The notes: a model not told the origin generated them from the letters alone. A stretch of 56,882 nt of DNA from a virus (IMGVR_UViG_3300007514_000698:1-56882); one strand, 5' to 3'. Shown: positions 38,834-48,322, counted from the first letter of the stretch. Program-made: numbers and translations.

Positions 38834-39118
38834 ATGGGCAAAATTGATATGAAGGGATTGGAGACTACCGCATGGTGGAAGAATCTAGTTCCTGTAATAA
38901 TGGGAGTGATACTGTCAGGATTGGGTACTCTCACTAATTTCGCATATGACCGAATAGATGAATTGCATAATGAGGTTGTTGAACACCGAATGATGTTATC
39001 GAAATTGGTAACACCTGATGGTAAGGTGATTCAATCTGCAAAGTCAAATGAATCAAAACAGAAGTTATCGGAACGGATAACTGTACTAGAAACTAAGATG
39101 GAATACTTGGAGAAGTAA
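38834..39118 (+). CDS. single-TM plus coiled-coil hypothetical protein
   Basis: GGAG RBS; TM segment LVPVIMGVILSGLGTL. Confidence 0.55.
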   Translation: MGKIDMKGLETTAWWKNLVPVIMGVILSGLGTLTNFAYDRIDELHNEVVEHRMMLSKLVTPDGKVIQSAKSNESKQKLSERITVLETKMEYLEK

Positions 39119-39294
39119 GATGGACAATGATATGACATATGATGATAAATTGATGGGGGTTATAAATCAACCCGAAGTGATTAACAACACTATTTTCGAT
39201 ATGAACTTGACGACTAACACTACACTATGGATTTCGATTGGTGCAGTTATTTTATTAGTAACGTGTTTGAGGGTAGTAGTGAAACACTATTAAT

Positions 39295-39302
39295 TATAAA
39301 TA
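39295..39302 (+). promoter_or_regulatory. late promoter TATAAATA
   Basis: Exact motif upstream of the ORF at 39334. Confidence 0.7.
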
Positions 39303-39333
39303 AATGTATGTACAACTGTAATAAGAGGGAAAC

Positions 39334-39570
39334 ATGGAATATCTAATAGCTATAATCATTGGTATCGGATTATATTTCATTACACCATGCAATCTGATGG
39401 ATAAGTTTAAGAAGGATAGAGATGCAAAATTAGATGGTGGTTACTTTGGTAAGAAACCTAAGTCAGTTAAGAAAAAGACTCGAAAGAAAGTCGCAAAGGT
39501 ACGCAAACCAAAGTCTGTTAAAAGAAAAGTAGTTAAGAAGAAAACTACAAAGAGGAAATCTAAAAAATAG
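39334..39570 (+). CDS. membrane-anchored Lys-rich protein
   Basis: N-terminal TM segment; KPKSVK repeats. Confidence 0.55.
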   Translation: MEYLIAIIIGIGLYFITPCNLMDKFKKDRDAKLDGGYFGKKPKSVKKKTRKKVAKVRKPKSVKRKVVKKKTTKRKSKK

Positions 39571-39865
39571 AGGTGCAAATGAACCATGCAACCAAGACAT
39601 ACATTCGGTGAATGGTTTATGATGATCGTATCAATGATATTTATTATTAGTTTATTATTGCGTATAGGTAATATGTAAGGAGTTGTTATGTCTAGTGAAA
39701 ACAAAATAGTCCTACGTTATATGGGGAAGGAAACTTCCCCTATAGTCTCTACCACAATCCCTAAGCAAAAAGAATGGAAATTCTTTAATGAATACTTTAT
39801 GAAATATAGGAGAAAACGTAATGGTGAGTCCCATCAGTTATTTTAAACCAGAAGGAGAGGATGAT

Positions 39866-40642
39866 ATGAATGTAGCAGAAATGTTGGAAGTCAGGGATGG
39901 AGTAACACAGAACCTATTGTACGAAGGTAAAGCAAAACGTATATATGAGACAAATGACCCAAATGTGTATCGCATGGTATTTAAGGATGATATAACGGCG
40001 GGTGATGGTGAGAAAAAGGACACTCTACTGAACAAGGGAAAACTCAATCAAACAATATCCAAGAAGATATTTGAACATCTCCATAGTAAACAAATAGGGA
40101 GAGATGGTTCTACTATGAAAACACACTACTTGTCTAGTCCTAGTGTTAATGAACAACTAGTCAAGAATCTTCACATCATTCCAGTTGAAGTGATTGTTAG
40201 GAATTTTGCAGCTGGATCATTTTGCAGACGATATGGTATTGAAAAGGGTTTGAAGTTTAGTACACCACTACTCGAATTGTTCTATAAGAATGATGACTTG
40301 CATGACCCACTATGTAGTGAAGCTGTTGCGATTGAAATGGGTTGGTGTGATCCATCACAACTTAGACTTATAAAAGAACAAGCACATATACTCAATTTCC
40401 AGATGTTACATTTCTGGGCAAAATATGGACTTACACTAGTCGATCAGAAATTTGAGTTTGGTATGGATAAGGAAGGAAACCTAATGTTAGCAGATGAGAT
40501 AACACCCGACTCACAACGTCTTTGGGATAAGGATGGAAAATCCTTAGACAAGGATGTATTTCGTAAGGGTGATAATATGCAAGATGTTTCGGATGTCTAT
40601 AACTACGTTCACAAATTAATTGGTGCAGACCCAATAGACTAA
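39866..40642 (+). CDS. purC: SAICAR synthetase
   Basis: LLYEGKAK, FKDDITAGDG, IPVEVIVRN.AAGS, YKNDDLHDP, LVD.KFEFG, LADEITPDS.RLWD, DKDVFR. Confidence 0.95.
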   Translation: MNVAEMLEVRDGVTQNLLYEGKAKRIYETNDPNVYRMVFKDDITAGDGEKKDTLLNKGKLNQTISKKIFEHLHSKQIGRDGSTMKTHYLSSPSVNEQLVKNLHIIPVEVIVRNFAAGSFCRRYGIEKGLKFSTPLLELFYKNDDLHDPLCSEAVAIEMGWCDPSQLRLIKEQAHILNFQMLHFWAKYGLTLVDQKFEFGMDKEGNLMLADEITPDSQRLWDKDGKSLDKDVFRKGDNMQDVSDVYNYVHKLIGADPID

Positions 40643-40724
40643 TGGACTATTTAGTGTTTTGGATTGCACCTATAATATGTCTGATAATATTTACGGACAA
40701 CCCTATAATGAAAAGGATTGACAG

Positions 40725-41540
40725 ATGGATGAAAGAGTAGTGGACAAGACAAGGATTAATCATTCAGAAGAAACGGATGAGAGATATTGGATAACAAAGG
40801 AAATCGCAAAAGTCAAGGTAAATGACAATCTTGGGGAGATATGGACATATCCAGCAGTTCATATTTTTCATGGTAAAATGTCTGCGGATATTATCAGGGA
40901 TGTAACTGAATACTGTAATATGACTAATGATAACTCGGCCGCAAATAAACTAATTGCGAACATAGAAGGGTTACAAGACAACTTGGACGTAAACCATCCC
41001 CTTATGAAAGGGTATGTAGATATAATGATGCGGTCTGCGTGTACATTTGTTGAGAATTGTCAAATGGATCATGGGGGTAAATCAGAAAAGAGAGTTGAAA
41101 TACAAGAGATATGGGATGTAAAGATGAAACCTGGCGATTACAACCCAATGCATATACACGGTACTGCATCAACTGAAGGATTGTCTAGTATATTCTATCT
41201 TAAAGTACCGCATCAATTTGCAAAAGCTGCAGACAGAGGTGAGAATGACCCTAAGTATTCATATTCTTTCAAACGTGATGGATGGTTAAAATTCTTGTGG
41301 GGGTTATCAAAATATGAAAATTCAGATCATTTTTCGTGTGCGACTAATGCGTATATACTACCGAGGATAGGAGATTTCTACATATTTCCTAAATCACTAA
41401 ATCACATGGTATATCCATTTCGTGATAAAGAGGATAGGTGGTCTGTACAATGTAACTTCAATGTTTGGGAAAAGGGTGAGGAAGAAGCATATGAGATAAT
41501 GAAAGAGAATGGTGTTCTTAGGGGAGGGCTATTTAAGTAA
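40725..41540 (+). CDS. putative 2OG-Fe(II) oxygenase (TIGR02466-like)
   Basis: GDYNPMHIH, SSIFYLKVP, FPKSLNHMVYPF, RWSVQCN. Confidence 0.8.
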   Translation: MDERVVDKTRINHSEETDERYWITKEIAKVKVNDNLGEIWTYPAVHIFHGKMSADIIRDVTEYCNMTNDNSAANKLIANIEGLQDNLDVNHPLMKGYVDIMMRSACTFVENCQMDHGGKSEKRVEIQEIWDVKMKPGDYNPMHIHGTASTEGLSSIFYLKVPHQFAKAADRGENDPKYSYSFKRDGWLKFLWGLSKYENSDHFSCATNAYILPRIGDFYIFPKSLNHMVYPFRDKEDRWSVQCNFNVWEKGEEEAYEIMKENGVLRGGLFK

Positions 41541-42223
41541 TGCATAATGTAACCGAAACAGAAACTATGACAGGTTACACTATAGAGAGTCATCCTTCTG
41601 TACATATCATGCATGGACGATTATCTGATCTTGCATTAAAGAAAACATTGGATTTCGTAACAACTTTGTCTGAATCTAACGCAACTACCTATTCACTAGA
41701 CAATATCAATCCGCCTAGTATACAGACATGGGTGGACTATGGAAATGAAATGATGAAACCCTATGTAGATGAAACCGAAAATGCAATAAAGGAATACATC
41801 TCACATTGTTGCGATCCACTAAATCCGAAATACCAACAAAAACTGGAAAGAACTATTACCATTCAAGACTGTTGGTGTATTAAAATGAACAAGGGTGATT
41901 ATATGCCCATGCACTCTCATAGGACAACTGCAAAGACAGGAATATCTACGGTACTCTACTTAAAAGTACCTGATAAACTCGCAGACCCTAAGAATCAATA
42001 TGCATCCATTGGTGGTGGACTGACATTATCCTGGCCTTCAAATAACGTATCAGTAATGGAAGATGATGTTAACCCTTCTAACGCAAGACACATTTATCCA
42101 GTAGTAGGTGAGTTTTGGATATTCCCTAAATGGTTATCCCATGTTCTTAATCCATATAGGTTCGAGGGTGAGAGATGGGGAATGGCCTCTAACTGGAATA
42201 TCTGGATGGAAGATGGAAGATAA
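41540..42223 (+). CDS. putative 2OG-Fe(II) oxygenase (paralog of 40725)
   Basis: GDYMPMHSH, STVLYLKVP, FPKWLSH.L.PY, RWGMASN. Confidence 0.8.
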   Translation: MHNVTETETMTGYTIESHPSVHIMHGRLSDLALKKTLDFVTTLSESNATTYSLDNINPPSIQTWVDYGNEMMKPYVDETENAIKEYISHCCDPLNPKYQQKLERTITIQDCWCIKMNKGDYMPMHSHRTTAKTGISTVLYLKVPDKLADPKNQYASIGGGLTLSWPSNNVSVMEDDVNPSNARHIYPVVGEFWIFPKWLSHVLNPYRFEGERWGMASNWNIWMEDGR

Positions 42224-42225
42224 CC

Positions 42226-42681
42226 ATGTTGGAGATTCGAGAAAATTTTATCTCACTATATGATTGTGAGATGATGATAGCATATTACGAAGATAACAAG
42301 GACAAGTCATATCATTGGCAACCCAATGACACAAGACCCCTAGACATAATTCACAAGTTCCCCGAACTGGATGCGAAGATCATGTCATGGGTTACTGAGT
42401 TGGATGATGCATATTTGTATATTGCAACAAATGAGATAGTGAAGTGGGTTACAGGGAATAAGATGCATTTGCATTTAGACGCACCTTGCGATTTTTGGTC
42501 TGCACTTATATATCTGAATGATGATTTCACAGGTGGAGTAACGATACTGGAAGATGGAACACAAATCATCCCAAAGACAGGGAAGTGTGTGTTATTTAGT
42601 GGTAACAAAATTAAACATGGAGTAACTATGGTTCAAGGAATGAGATACACTCTACCTTACTGGTTAAGGAGATACGCATAA
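42226..42681 (+). CDS. prolyl-4-hydroxylase-like 2OG-Fe(II) oxygenase
   Basis: HLD, IYLNDDFTGG, HGV, RYTLPYW. Confidence 0.88.
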   Translation: MLEIRENFISLYDCEMMIAYYEDNKDKSYHWQPNDTRPLDIIHKFPELDAKIMSWVTELDDAYLYIATNEIVKWVTGNKMHLHLDAPCDFWSALIYLNDDFTGGVTILEDGTQIIPKTGKCVLFSGNKIKHGVTMVQGMRYTLPYWLRRYA

Positions 42682-42875
42682 TGACTGTATATAGTGAGAC
42701 TGTTATAGAGGATTTGAGAAAACAAGTAGAGGATAAGGATAAAGAGATACAAAGGCTAGAAAAAATTATCACTAAGTTTAAGAAATTTTATGATAGTTGG
42801 CCTAAATTCATCACTCAACTAGGACTCGAAACCAATGATCCCAAACAACAAGAAACCGATAGAAAGAGGGTTTGA
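42681..42875 (+). CDS. small coiled-coil hypothetical protein
   Basis: Translationally coupled ORF. Confidence 0.45.
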   Translation: MTVYSETVIEDLRKQVEDKDKEIQRLEKIITKFKKFYDSWPKFITQLGLETNDPKQQETDRKRV

Positions 42876-43215
42876 GGATAATCAATACTATATACCGAGA
42901 GAGACATTTAATGAAATACCGAACTGGAAACCGACATTCAATTACGCACATCCCCCACTATTCACGGAAGGACATAGATACGAACCAACTGAAGCGATTG
43001 AACGTCATATCAAACACAACGATTGGGAGACAGGAATCAAATTTGTGAATGAAGTGTCAGAGTGTGCGATAAAGTATAATCATCACCCGAAGATCATTAT
43101 CAACTACGATATTGTAACGGTGCAATACTATACCCATACAAAATCGTGTACTATTACCAATAAAGACCTATTCATGGCAAAGAAGATAGATGAGATAGTC
43201 GCAAAATATGAATGA
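42835..43215 (+). CDS. pterin-4a-carbinolamine dehydratase
   Basis: FVNEV...NHHP.I...V.V.YYTH...IT.KDL.MA..ID. Confidence 0.85.
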   Translation: MIPNNKKPIERGFEDNQYYIPRETFNEIPNWKPTFNYAHPPLFTEGHRYEPTEAIERHIKHNDWETGIKFVNEVSECAIKYNHHPKIIINYDIVTVQYYTHTKSCTITNKDLFMAKKIDEIVAKYE

Positions 43216-43534
43216 TATAGACCTATATAACAAGATTGAGGAATACTTCACGGACTTGGTTAGACCCCTACTCCATGCAGACGGTGGTGATATAACCCTC
43301 TTGGAAGTAGCATATCCAAAGGTTATCGTACAATTTAGTGGTGCGTGTGGTACTTGTCCATCCTCAGCGGGTGGTACACTAAGGGGTATTCAGAGAGGTG
43401 TCGAGACTATTGATCCCGAACTCCTGTTAGTACCCATTGAACCCGAAATAACATCCCCGAATACTGGTCAAGTTCATCCTTTCGGGGGTGAAACATACAA
43501 TGAAACTCTTAAACGTAAGGAGAATCGTACATAA
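43208..43534 (+). CDS. nfuA: NifU C-terminal / NfuA-type Fe-S carrier
   Basis: VRPLLHADGGDI...GACGTCPSS..TL.GI. Confidence 0.88.
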   Translation: MNDIDLYNKIEEYFTDLVRPLLHADGGDITLLEVAYPKVIVQFSGACGTCPSSAGGTLRGIQRGVETIDPELLLVPIEPEITSPNTGQVHPFGGETYNETLKRKENRT

Positions 43535-43920
43535 TGAAAACCATATATCGTGGAAAAGGAGAGGTTATAGTCTCCGAAGGTGAAGAAACGGATGATGCAT
43601 ATGTCATACTGGATGGTGAAATTGAGGTATTCAAACACAATCAACTAGTCGCAACTCTCCGAGAGAACCAAATATTCGGTGAAATTGCGTTAGTGGATCA
43701 ACGTCCTAGAACCGCAACGTGTATTGCAAAGACCCCTGTAACACTAGGACAAGTAACACGAAAAAACTACTTATCACTACTGAAACACAGACCAGAAGCA
43801 ATTAACCCTATACTAAGGATAGTTGCAGATCGTATGAGAAACTTAATGGAAATGGTAGAGGAGATCGCAACTGCAAAGAAAGACTACCATGAACAACCAA
43901 GAAAGACAGGACAAGAGTAA
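43534..43920 (+). CDS. stand-alone cyclic-nucleotide-binding domain protein
   Basis: GEVIVSEGE..D.AYVILDG.IEV, IFGEIAL...PRTAT. Confidence 0.9.
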   Translation: MKTIYRGKGEVIVSEGEETDDAYVILDGEIEVFKHNQLVATLRENQIFGEIALVDQRPRTATCIAKTPVTLGQVTRKNYLSLLKHRPEAINPILRIVADRMRNLMEMVEEIATAKKDYHEQPRKTGQE

Positions 43921-44356
43921 GGAAATAACCTTACACTTACTACGTTCTGATATGTACACTAAATGCAACTCCGTACATATCTTCAATTCCCTCAAGGATG
44001 AACCTGATACCCAGTATATCCTAAACCATATCAAGAAATCCTCAAGGGATTACTACACTCCAACTGCATTTCCTGAAGATAACCCCAAAACCGATATAGT
44101 CCTTGTGCCGGGTACAAAATTCGATAGACATATGAATAGGAAGGGTAGAGGGGGTGGTTACTATGATCGCTTTTTAAGTGGTGCTTCGGGGATAAAAATA
44201 GGAATTGCGTATTATTCTCAGTTATACTCTAAATTAACAGCAATTAACGATTGGGATGTAAAAATGGACTATATCATTACTGAGAGAGGATTGCTACAAA
44301 AAAGGGATGCGAATGAATCACATCCCTTTGGTTATCCTTTCTGGACTTTTTACTGA
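43889..44356 (+). CDS. 5-formyltetrahydrofolate cyclo-ligase
   Basis: EPDT, DIVLVPG..FD...RKGRGGGYYDRFL, WDV.MD.IITE. Confidence 0.88.
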   Translation: MNNQERQDKSKEITLHLLRSDMYTKCNSVHIFNSLKDEPDTQYILNHIKKSSRDYYTPTAFPEDNPKTDIVLVPGTKFDRHMNRKGRGGGYYDRFLSGASGIKIGIAYYSQLYSKLTAINDWDVKMDYIITERGLLQKRDANESHPFGYPFWTFY

Positions 44357-44529
44357 TTTGTAATGGTATTAATCATACCCTGTACCATACGAGTCTTTTC
44401 TGTTTCTTCTGCATACTTATAGGTATAATACTGTCTTAGAAATTCATCCTGTACATGGTCAGGTTCAACGATTTCTGCATATTCATAGATTAAATCTTTA
44501 ACATTTCTCATTGTGAAGGTTTTTGTCAT
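44350..44529 (-). CDS. hypothetical protein
   Basis: AAGGA RBS before MTKTFTM; the longer ORF-track call overlaps other genes. Confidence 0.45.
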   Translation of the reverse strand: MTKTFTMRNVKDLIYEYAEIVEPDHVQDEFLRQYYTYKYAEETEKTRMVQGMINTITNQ

Positions 44530-44735
44530 TATATAGTGTCCTTTCGGTTGTTTAGTGATGTATATAGTGGTTCTGAATGGTGCGAAGTGTTGCAAAGTGT
44601 CGAATAGTGGTGTTTCATGGAGAATAGTTGATGTTGAATCGAAACTATCAGACTTAGTGAGGACGCATTTTTCAACGGTGATGCTGTTAATTTCTGCAAT
44701 CCTCTGAAATTCTCTATGTTTCTCAACGTATTCAC
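44529..44735 (-). CDS. hypothetical protein
   Basis: Tightly packed minus-strand ORF; frame ambiguous with the overlapping ORF. Confidence 0.3.
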   Translation of the reverse strand: MNTLRNIENFRGLQKLTASPLKNASSLSLIVSIQHQLFSMKHHYSTLCNTSHHSEPLYTSLNNRKDTI

Positions 44736-45085
44736 GAATAATACTCCAAGTTTTCCACATCAACTTCTTTAATTGACCCATTATAAGAGTCAATATCCCT
44801 ACCGTCTTTATCCTTGCGTACCGTAGGATATACAGGAGTACATAGAATGGTTTCCATATTAAACGGTGCAAATGTTACATGACAGGGATTCCAATAATGA
44901 CGAGGCCCACCATTCACGATATTATACAGACCCATCAGTTTTTTCTTACGACTCGCACCATAAGAAGTATAGATAACATTCGCAATAAAACTCAGAGGCG
45001 AGTTGGGTTCTTTCGTCAAACTTCTGTAAATATCTGTTAACTTTCGAGGTATCATCTTATCTCCAATTTTGTTATTAATCATCAT
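44732..45085 (-). CDS. hypothetical protein
   Basis: Follows the promoter at 45092-45120; GGAG RBS precedes the internal MIPRK. Confidence 0.5.
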   Translation of the reverse strand: MMINNKIGDKMIPRKLTDIYRSLTKEPNSPLSFIANVIYTSYGASRKKKLMGLYNIVNGGPRHYWNPCHVTFAPFNMETILCTPVYPTVRKDKDGRDIDSYNGSIKEVDVENLEYYS

Positions 45086-45091
45086 AGGTAT

Positions 45092-45120
45092 AGCTTACCA
45101 AAATGCTACATATTTGTCAA
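45092..45120 (-). promoter_or_regulatory. sigma70-like early promoter (TTGACA-N17-TAAGCT)
   Basis: Perfect -35, extended -10. Confidence 0.75.
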
Positions 45121-45152
45121 GTATTATCTGAGGCCCTCTGTCGTTTTCTGAG

Positions 45153-45177
45153 GAACTCGTTATTTTACAAGGATTTA
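45153..45177. repeat. 25-bp quasi-palindromic element
   Basis: Reverse complement TAAATCCTTGTAAAATAACGAGTTC matches the family. Confidence 0.6.
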
Positions 45178-45291
45178 GTCAGGCCACTCAAAGGACAGTA
45201 TATTGAGAATAGGGGCGGGCTAATTGAGAAACCCTACACCGATAGATATAAATGGGTTCTCAACTTTTTCCCTACGGTTTTCCGAATAACC

Positions 45292-45534
45292 CTATAATAT
45301 AGTCAATCCGAAAATTTTCCCCAGCAAAAAATCTACTATCATAATCCCGCCAGACGCAACCCAGCAGAATACAATAACCAGCAGTATGCATTGGATGCCA
45401 ACTCCACAGCAGAGACAAGCATACTGCCACATTTTCATATCGTGCTTGAGAGTATTCCAGTTATAAAACTCCCCTGTAATTCTCCCTGTCTTTTTTCCCT
45501 TACCTACTCTTTTACTAGCATTCTTCATGTTCAT
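45292..45534 (-). CDS. hypothetical membrane protein
   Basis: Cys-rich hydrophobic C-terminal half. Confidence 0.45.
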   Translation of the reverse strand: MNMKNASKRVGKGKKTGRITGEFYNWNTLKHDMKMWQYACLCCGVGIQCILLVIVFCWVASGGIMIVDFLLGKIFGLTIL

Positions 45535-45721
45535 TCTCAGCTCTTTCTAATAGTTCTCTAGGAGTAGTGATGTTTTTGCATACGTTACATATTAGGACTT
45601 CGTTGGGGATGTCGGCCCTGTATTCTATATCTATTGGCGAGTCCATGAAATTGATATAGTTATGGATTCCTAATTGACAGCGGCGTTCTTGGAATGATTT
45701 GTCGAATATGGATTTCTTCAT
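45515..45721 (-). CDS. small hypothetical Zn-binding protein
   Basis: C..G.H...CNVC. Confidence 0.5.
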   Translation of the reverse strand: MKKSIFDKSFQERRCQLGIHNYINFMDSPIDIEYRADIPNEVLICNVCKNITTPRELLERAENEHEEC

Positions 45722-46209
45722 GCTATTCTATTTCCTTCATAATAAGTTCTTTGGGTTTGAAGCGATCCATCTGGATTGTATATTAAATATTCACCGTGGC
45801 GCTTACCGTGTTCATAGGTATAGATGTATTCAAGAGAACCGTCTTTTCTCCAGCTCGTTTGTTTCCCATGGCGTTTAGCGTCATGGTAGGATAGAGTATA
45901 ATGCAATTCTCCATTCGGAAACCAGGCGGTTGAAGTTCCATGGCGTTCACCATTCTTATAGTGCTTCTCGAATTTTTTAAAACCAGTATCAGGATAATAC
46001 CCTGTACCTAGTCCATGACGTTCACCGTTGACGTATTCGTATTTCCATTGTAGTTTACCTTCCTCGGAATACTCTAGTTGTGTACCATGTTTTTCTTCGT
46101 TGAGGAACTGGTATCGGGTTTTGATGTTACCGTTTGGCCAATGGGATTCGTGAAGGGTTAAGGAATCTTTAAAGCGTTGGTATTGGTGATTTAATATTCT
46201 ATTCGTCAT
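45718..46209 (-). CDS. MORN-variant repeat protein (YwqK-like)
   Basis: Repeated Y.NG..HG....(W/Y)..NG units. Confidence 0.88.
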   Translation of the reverse strand: MTNRILNHQYQRFKDSLTLHESHWPNGNIKTRYQFLNEEKHGTQLEYSEEGKLQWKYEYVNGERHGLGTGYYPDTGFKKFEKHYKNGERHGTSTAWFPNGELHYTLSYHDAKRHGKQTSWRKDGSLEYIYTYEHGKRHGEYLIYNPDGSLQTQRTYYEGNRIA

Positions 46210-46309
46210 TGTTATTGTTCCAGTAATCGGTGATAACCCATAGGGTTAGAATAATAAACGGTGTGAGTTGTAATCCCATTATCAATGTTTCTTTGTATGC
46301 ATCCATCAT
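46199..46309 (-). CDS. 36-aa single-TM peptide
   Basis: AAGGAG RBS; MMDAYKETLIMGLQLTPFIILTLWVITDYWNNNNDE*. Confidence 0.55.
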   Translation of the reverse strand: MMDAYKETLIMGLQLTPFIILTLWVITDYWNNNNDE

Positions 46310-46324
46310 AATTTCTCCTTTTAG

Positions 46325-46686
46325 GGTTAGGCAAAGAATGTACTTATCACAGCAATTATTTACGTTCCTCAAGGGAACATGGCTCCGAACTCTTATCCTA
46401 CCCCGAAAGGCAGTTTACTTACCACTAAGATACAGGTCTGCATCTCTGGCGTTTCAACTGAAACCCATAGGAGCGCCCAATAGGTTATAGGTTAAGAGAA
46501 AACTTCCAGAGGCGGAAGCTATCCACTTACCTCGCTGCTGTACATCCTACTAACGACAATGCCGTGCCGATCTTATCCCCGATAAGGAATCGCTGTTATT
46601 AATCAAATAACTTCTCATCATGTGCGACACACTAGGCGCTGACTAAACGCCACGTCTATTTGAAGCGAAAACCGAGCGAACAAATC
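46325..46686 (-). ncRNA. candidate structured non-coding RNA (family unassigned)
   Basis: GC-elevated gap with no convincing ORF and at least 8 hairpins, including CUGCCU-UUCG-GGGUAG; G-U wobbles favour the minus strand. Confidence 0.5.
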
Positions 46687-46839
46687 TTATTTCAAACCCT
46701 GTTTTACTTTTAGTTTATGTACAGCAAGGTTCACTTCATATTTGTTTGCGATACGCAATCGTTTACGGTTTGCGTTTCTTTCTACTCTTTTTCGATTTAG
46801 TTTCGCCAGACGTTTCCTGACTAGGTTTCTCTTATTCAT
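46687..46839 (-). CDS. 50-aa highly basic protein
   Basis: AAGGAG RBS; MNKRNLVRKRLAKLNRKRVERNANRKRLR... Confidence 0.55.
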   Translation of the reverse strand: MNKRNLVRKRLAKLNRKRVERNANRKRLRIANKYEVNLAVHKLKVKQGLK

Positions 46840-47045
46840 AAGCTCTCCTTTACATAACCGACATACTTTAATGCTTCTTTAATATCTGTTTCAACATCAT
46901 CAAGGATGGGTCTGCCCGCACAAACCTTGAGTAAGTCCTTGAGAGTATCTTCAACGTGAATCATCATATCCATTGGACTTGGTTCACATTCCCAACCTTC
47001 TTTTTTATATTCTTCACCGATTACGTCATCATTATATATAGACAT
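46836..47045 (-). CDS. hypothetical protein
   Basis: Coupled ORF in the early cluster. Confidence 0.5.
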   Translation of the reverse strand: MSIYNDDVIGEEYKKEGWECEPSPMDMMIHVEDTLKDLLKVCAGRPILDDVETDIKEALKYVGYVKESL

Positions 47046-47344
47046 TAGTTTAATTTATCCTTATCAATTTTGGGTTCACCGAATTCAACTTCATACCCTT
47101 GCTCATGTATAAGTTGTTTCACCATCGCTTCCAATACTTCCAATCGTTTGTGCAGACCGATACAAGTTCCAGCTACTGTATCAATAGCATCCATAACCTG
47201 TATACGTTCCTGTTTCTTTTTCTCTGCGACTTCTTCGAGAGACTTTTCAAGTTGCTTCAAAGATTTGTCTCGGAACTTTCTAATATCTTCCATTGACATA
47301 CTTTGCATTTCTTCATAGGTAATTTCTACTGGATGTTCTTTCAT
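47045..47344 (-). CDS. coiled-coil hypothetical protein
   Basis: AGGA RBS before MKEHP; the upstream part of the ORF-track call overlaps another small TM ORF. Confidence 0.5.
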   Translation of the reverse strand: MKEHPVEITYEEMQSMSMEDIRKFRDKSLKQLEKSLEEVAEKKKQERIQVMDAIDTVAGTCIGLHKRLEVLEAMVKQLIHEQGYEVEFGEPKIDKDKLN

Positions 47345-47622
47345 ACTTTCCTTTCTAAAACCAAAGATAGATCGCTCCCCAAATAAGACCGCCCAGTAAT
47401 GTCGCATCTGCGACAATGCACCAAGCGATATAAACTTTGAGAAGCGTTTTGGAATGTTTACTCTTTTTAATTTTATCAACCAGCCCATACATTATCTCGC
47501 TCCAGGCTTTCGATAGATACGAGGCATGGGTACAGGTTTTGGTTTACGCATTTCGTATCGTGTAACCTTTACACCATTCTCTTTATACTCTTTGATTATT
47601 TTTGGTTTTGAATATACTGGTT

Positions 47623-47886
47623 TCATACGTTCACCTCATATTGTTTAATGTTGCGTGGCAGGAAAATTTGCGTAATGATATGAGTCGCTCTAAACTTTTT
47701 AGGTATTGCTTTGTTTTCTTCTTTAGATGCATACTTACTATATCGTAAACGCTGTTCTTCACTCATCTTAAATGTAACCGTATCTTTCTTGGGATCGAAT
47801 TTAATAAACCAGACATCATCCCATTCAAAAGCATTCGCCAATCTATCGTATTGGTTTCTCGGTATTTCTAAAACGTACTCTTTCAT
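47623..47886 (-). CDS. hypothetical protein
   Basis: ORF in the early cluster. Confidence 0.5.
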   Translation of the reverse strand: MKEYVLEIPRNQYDRLANAFEWDDVWFIKFDPKKDTVTFKMSEEQRLRYSKYASKEENKAIPKKFRATHIITQIFLPRNIKQYEVNV

Positions 47887-47894
47887 TATTTATA

Positions 47895-48113
47895 TTACCT
47901 TGTTAAAGTATTGTTGATAATTTGATAATCATAATTGGAAGGTAAACCATTTAGGATATTTTGAAGTTCATCTTCTTCATAATCCTGTTCCAGTAATGAA
48001 ATCCGGCGGGTGTTGATTAACTTCATAACCCTGTATATGGGTTTGCCATTTTTAACTCTATTCAATTTTGATATTACAATTTTTGCTTTTCCGCTCATCT
48101 TATTAACTCCCAA
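47895..48113 (-). CDS. hypothetical protein
   Basis: ORF in the early cluster; MSGK start more likely. Confidence 0.5.
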   Translation of the reverse strand: MGVNKMSGKAKIVISKLNRVKNGKPIYRVMKLINTRRISLLEQDYEEDELQNILNGLPSNYDYQIINNTLTR

Positions 48114-48322
48114 TCAAAGTTTTTATCGTGAAAGCGTTGAATCCAACGCCCGTTTTTAGGATTGTCTATCGACTGTAAATCAATCCAATCTTTTCCCTCA
48201 TCAAACATAACTGTTTCCGAAAACGATTGAACCTTGAAAAGACAGCCATCCCTATGGATGACTTGTTTCGCCTTTCCAGTTTTCGGATGTAATTTAACTG
48301 TATCACCTTCAAGGATTGTCAT
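48095..48322 (-). CDS. hypothetical SH3/KOW-like small protein
   Basis: GDTVKL; beta-rich pattern. Confidence 0.45.
   Translation of the reverse strand: MTILEGDTVKLHPKTGKAKQVIHRDGCLFKVQSFSETVMFDEGKDWIDLQSIDNPKNGRWIQRFHDKNFDWELIR

Noticed and set aside
44530-44871. N-terminal extension of the 173-aa ORF-track call
   Set aside because: Overlaps two other same-strand ORFs; an RBS supports a start at 44529. The frame in 44529-44735 remains uncertain.
46230-46490. 86-aa plus-strand ORF across the candidate ncRNA
   Set aside because: Opposite to local transcription, no RBS, atypical composition.
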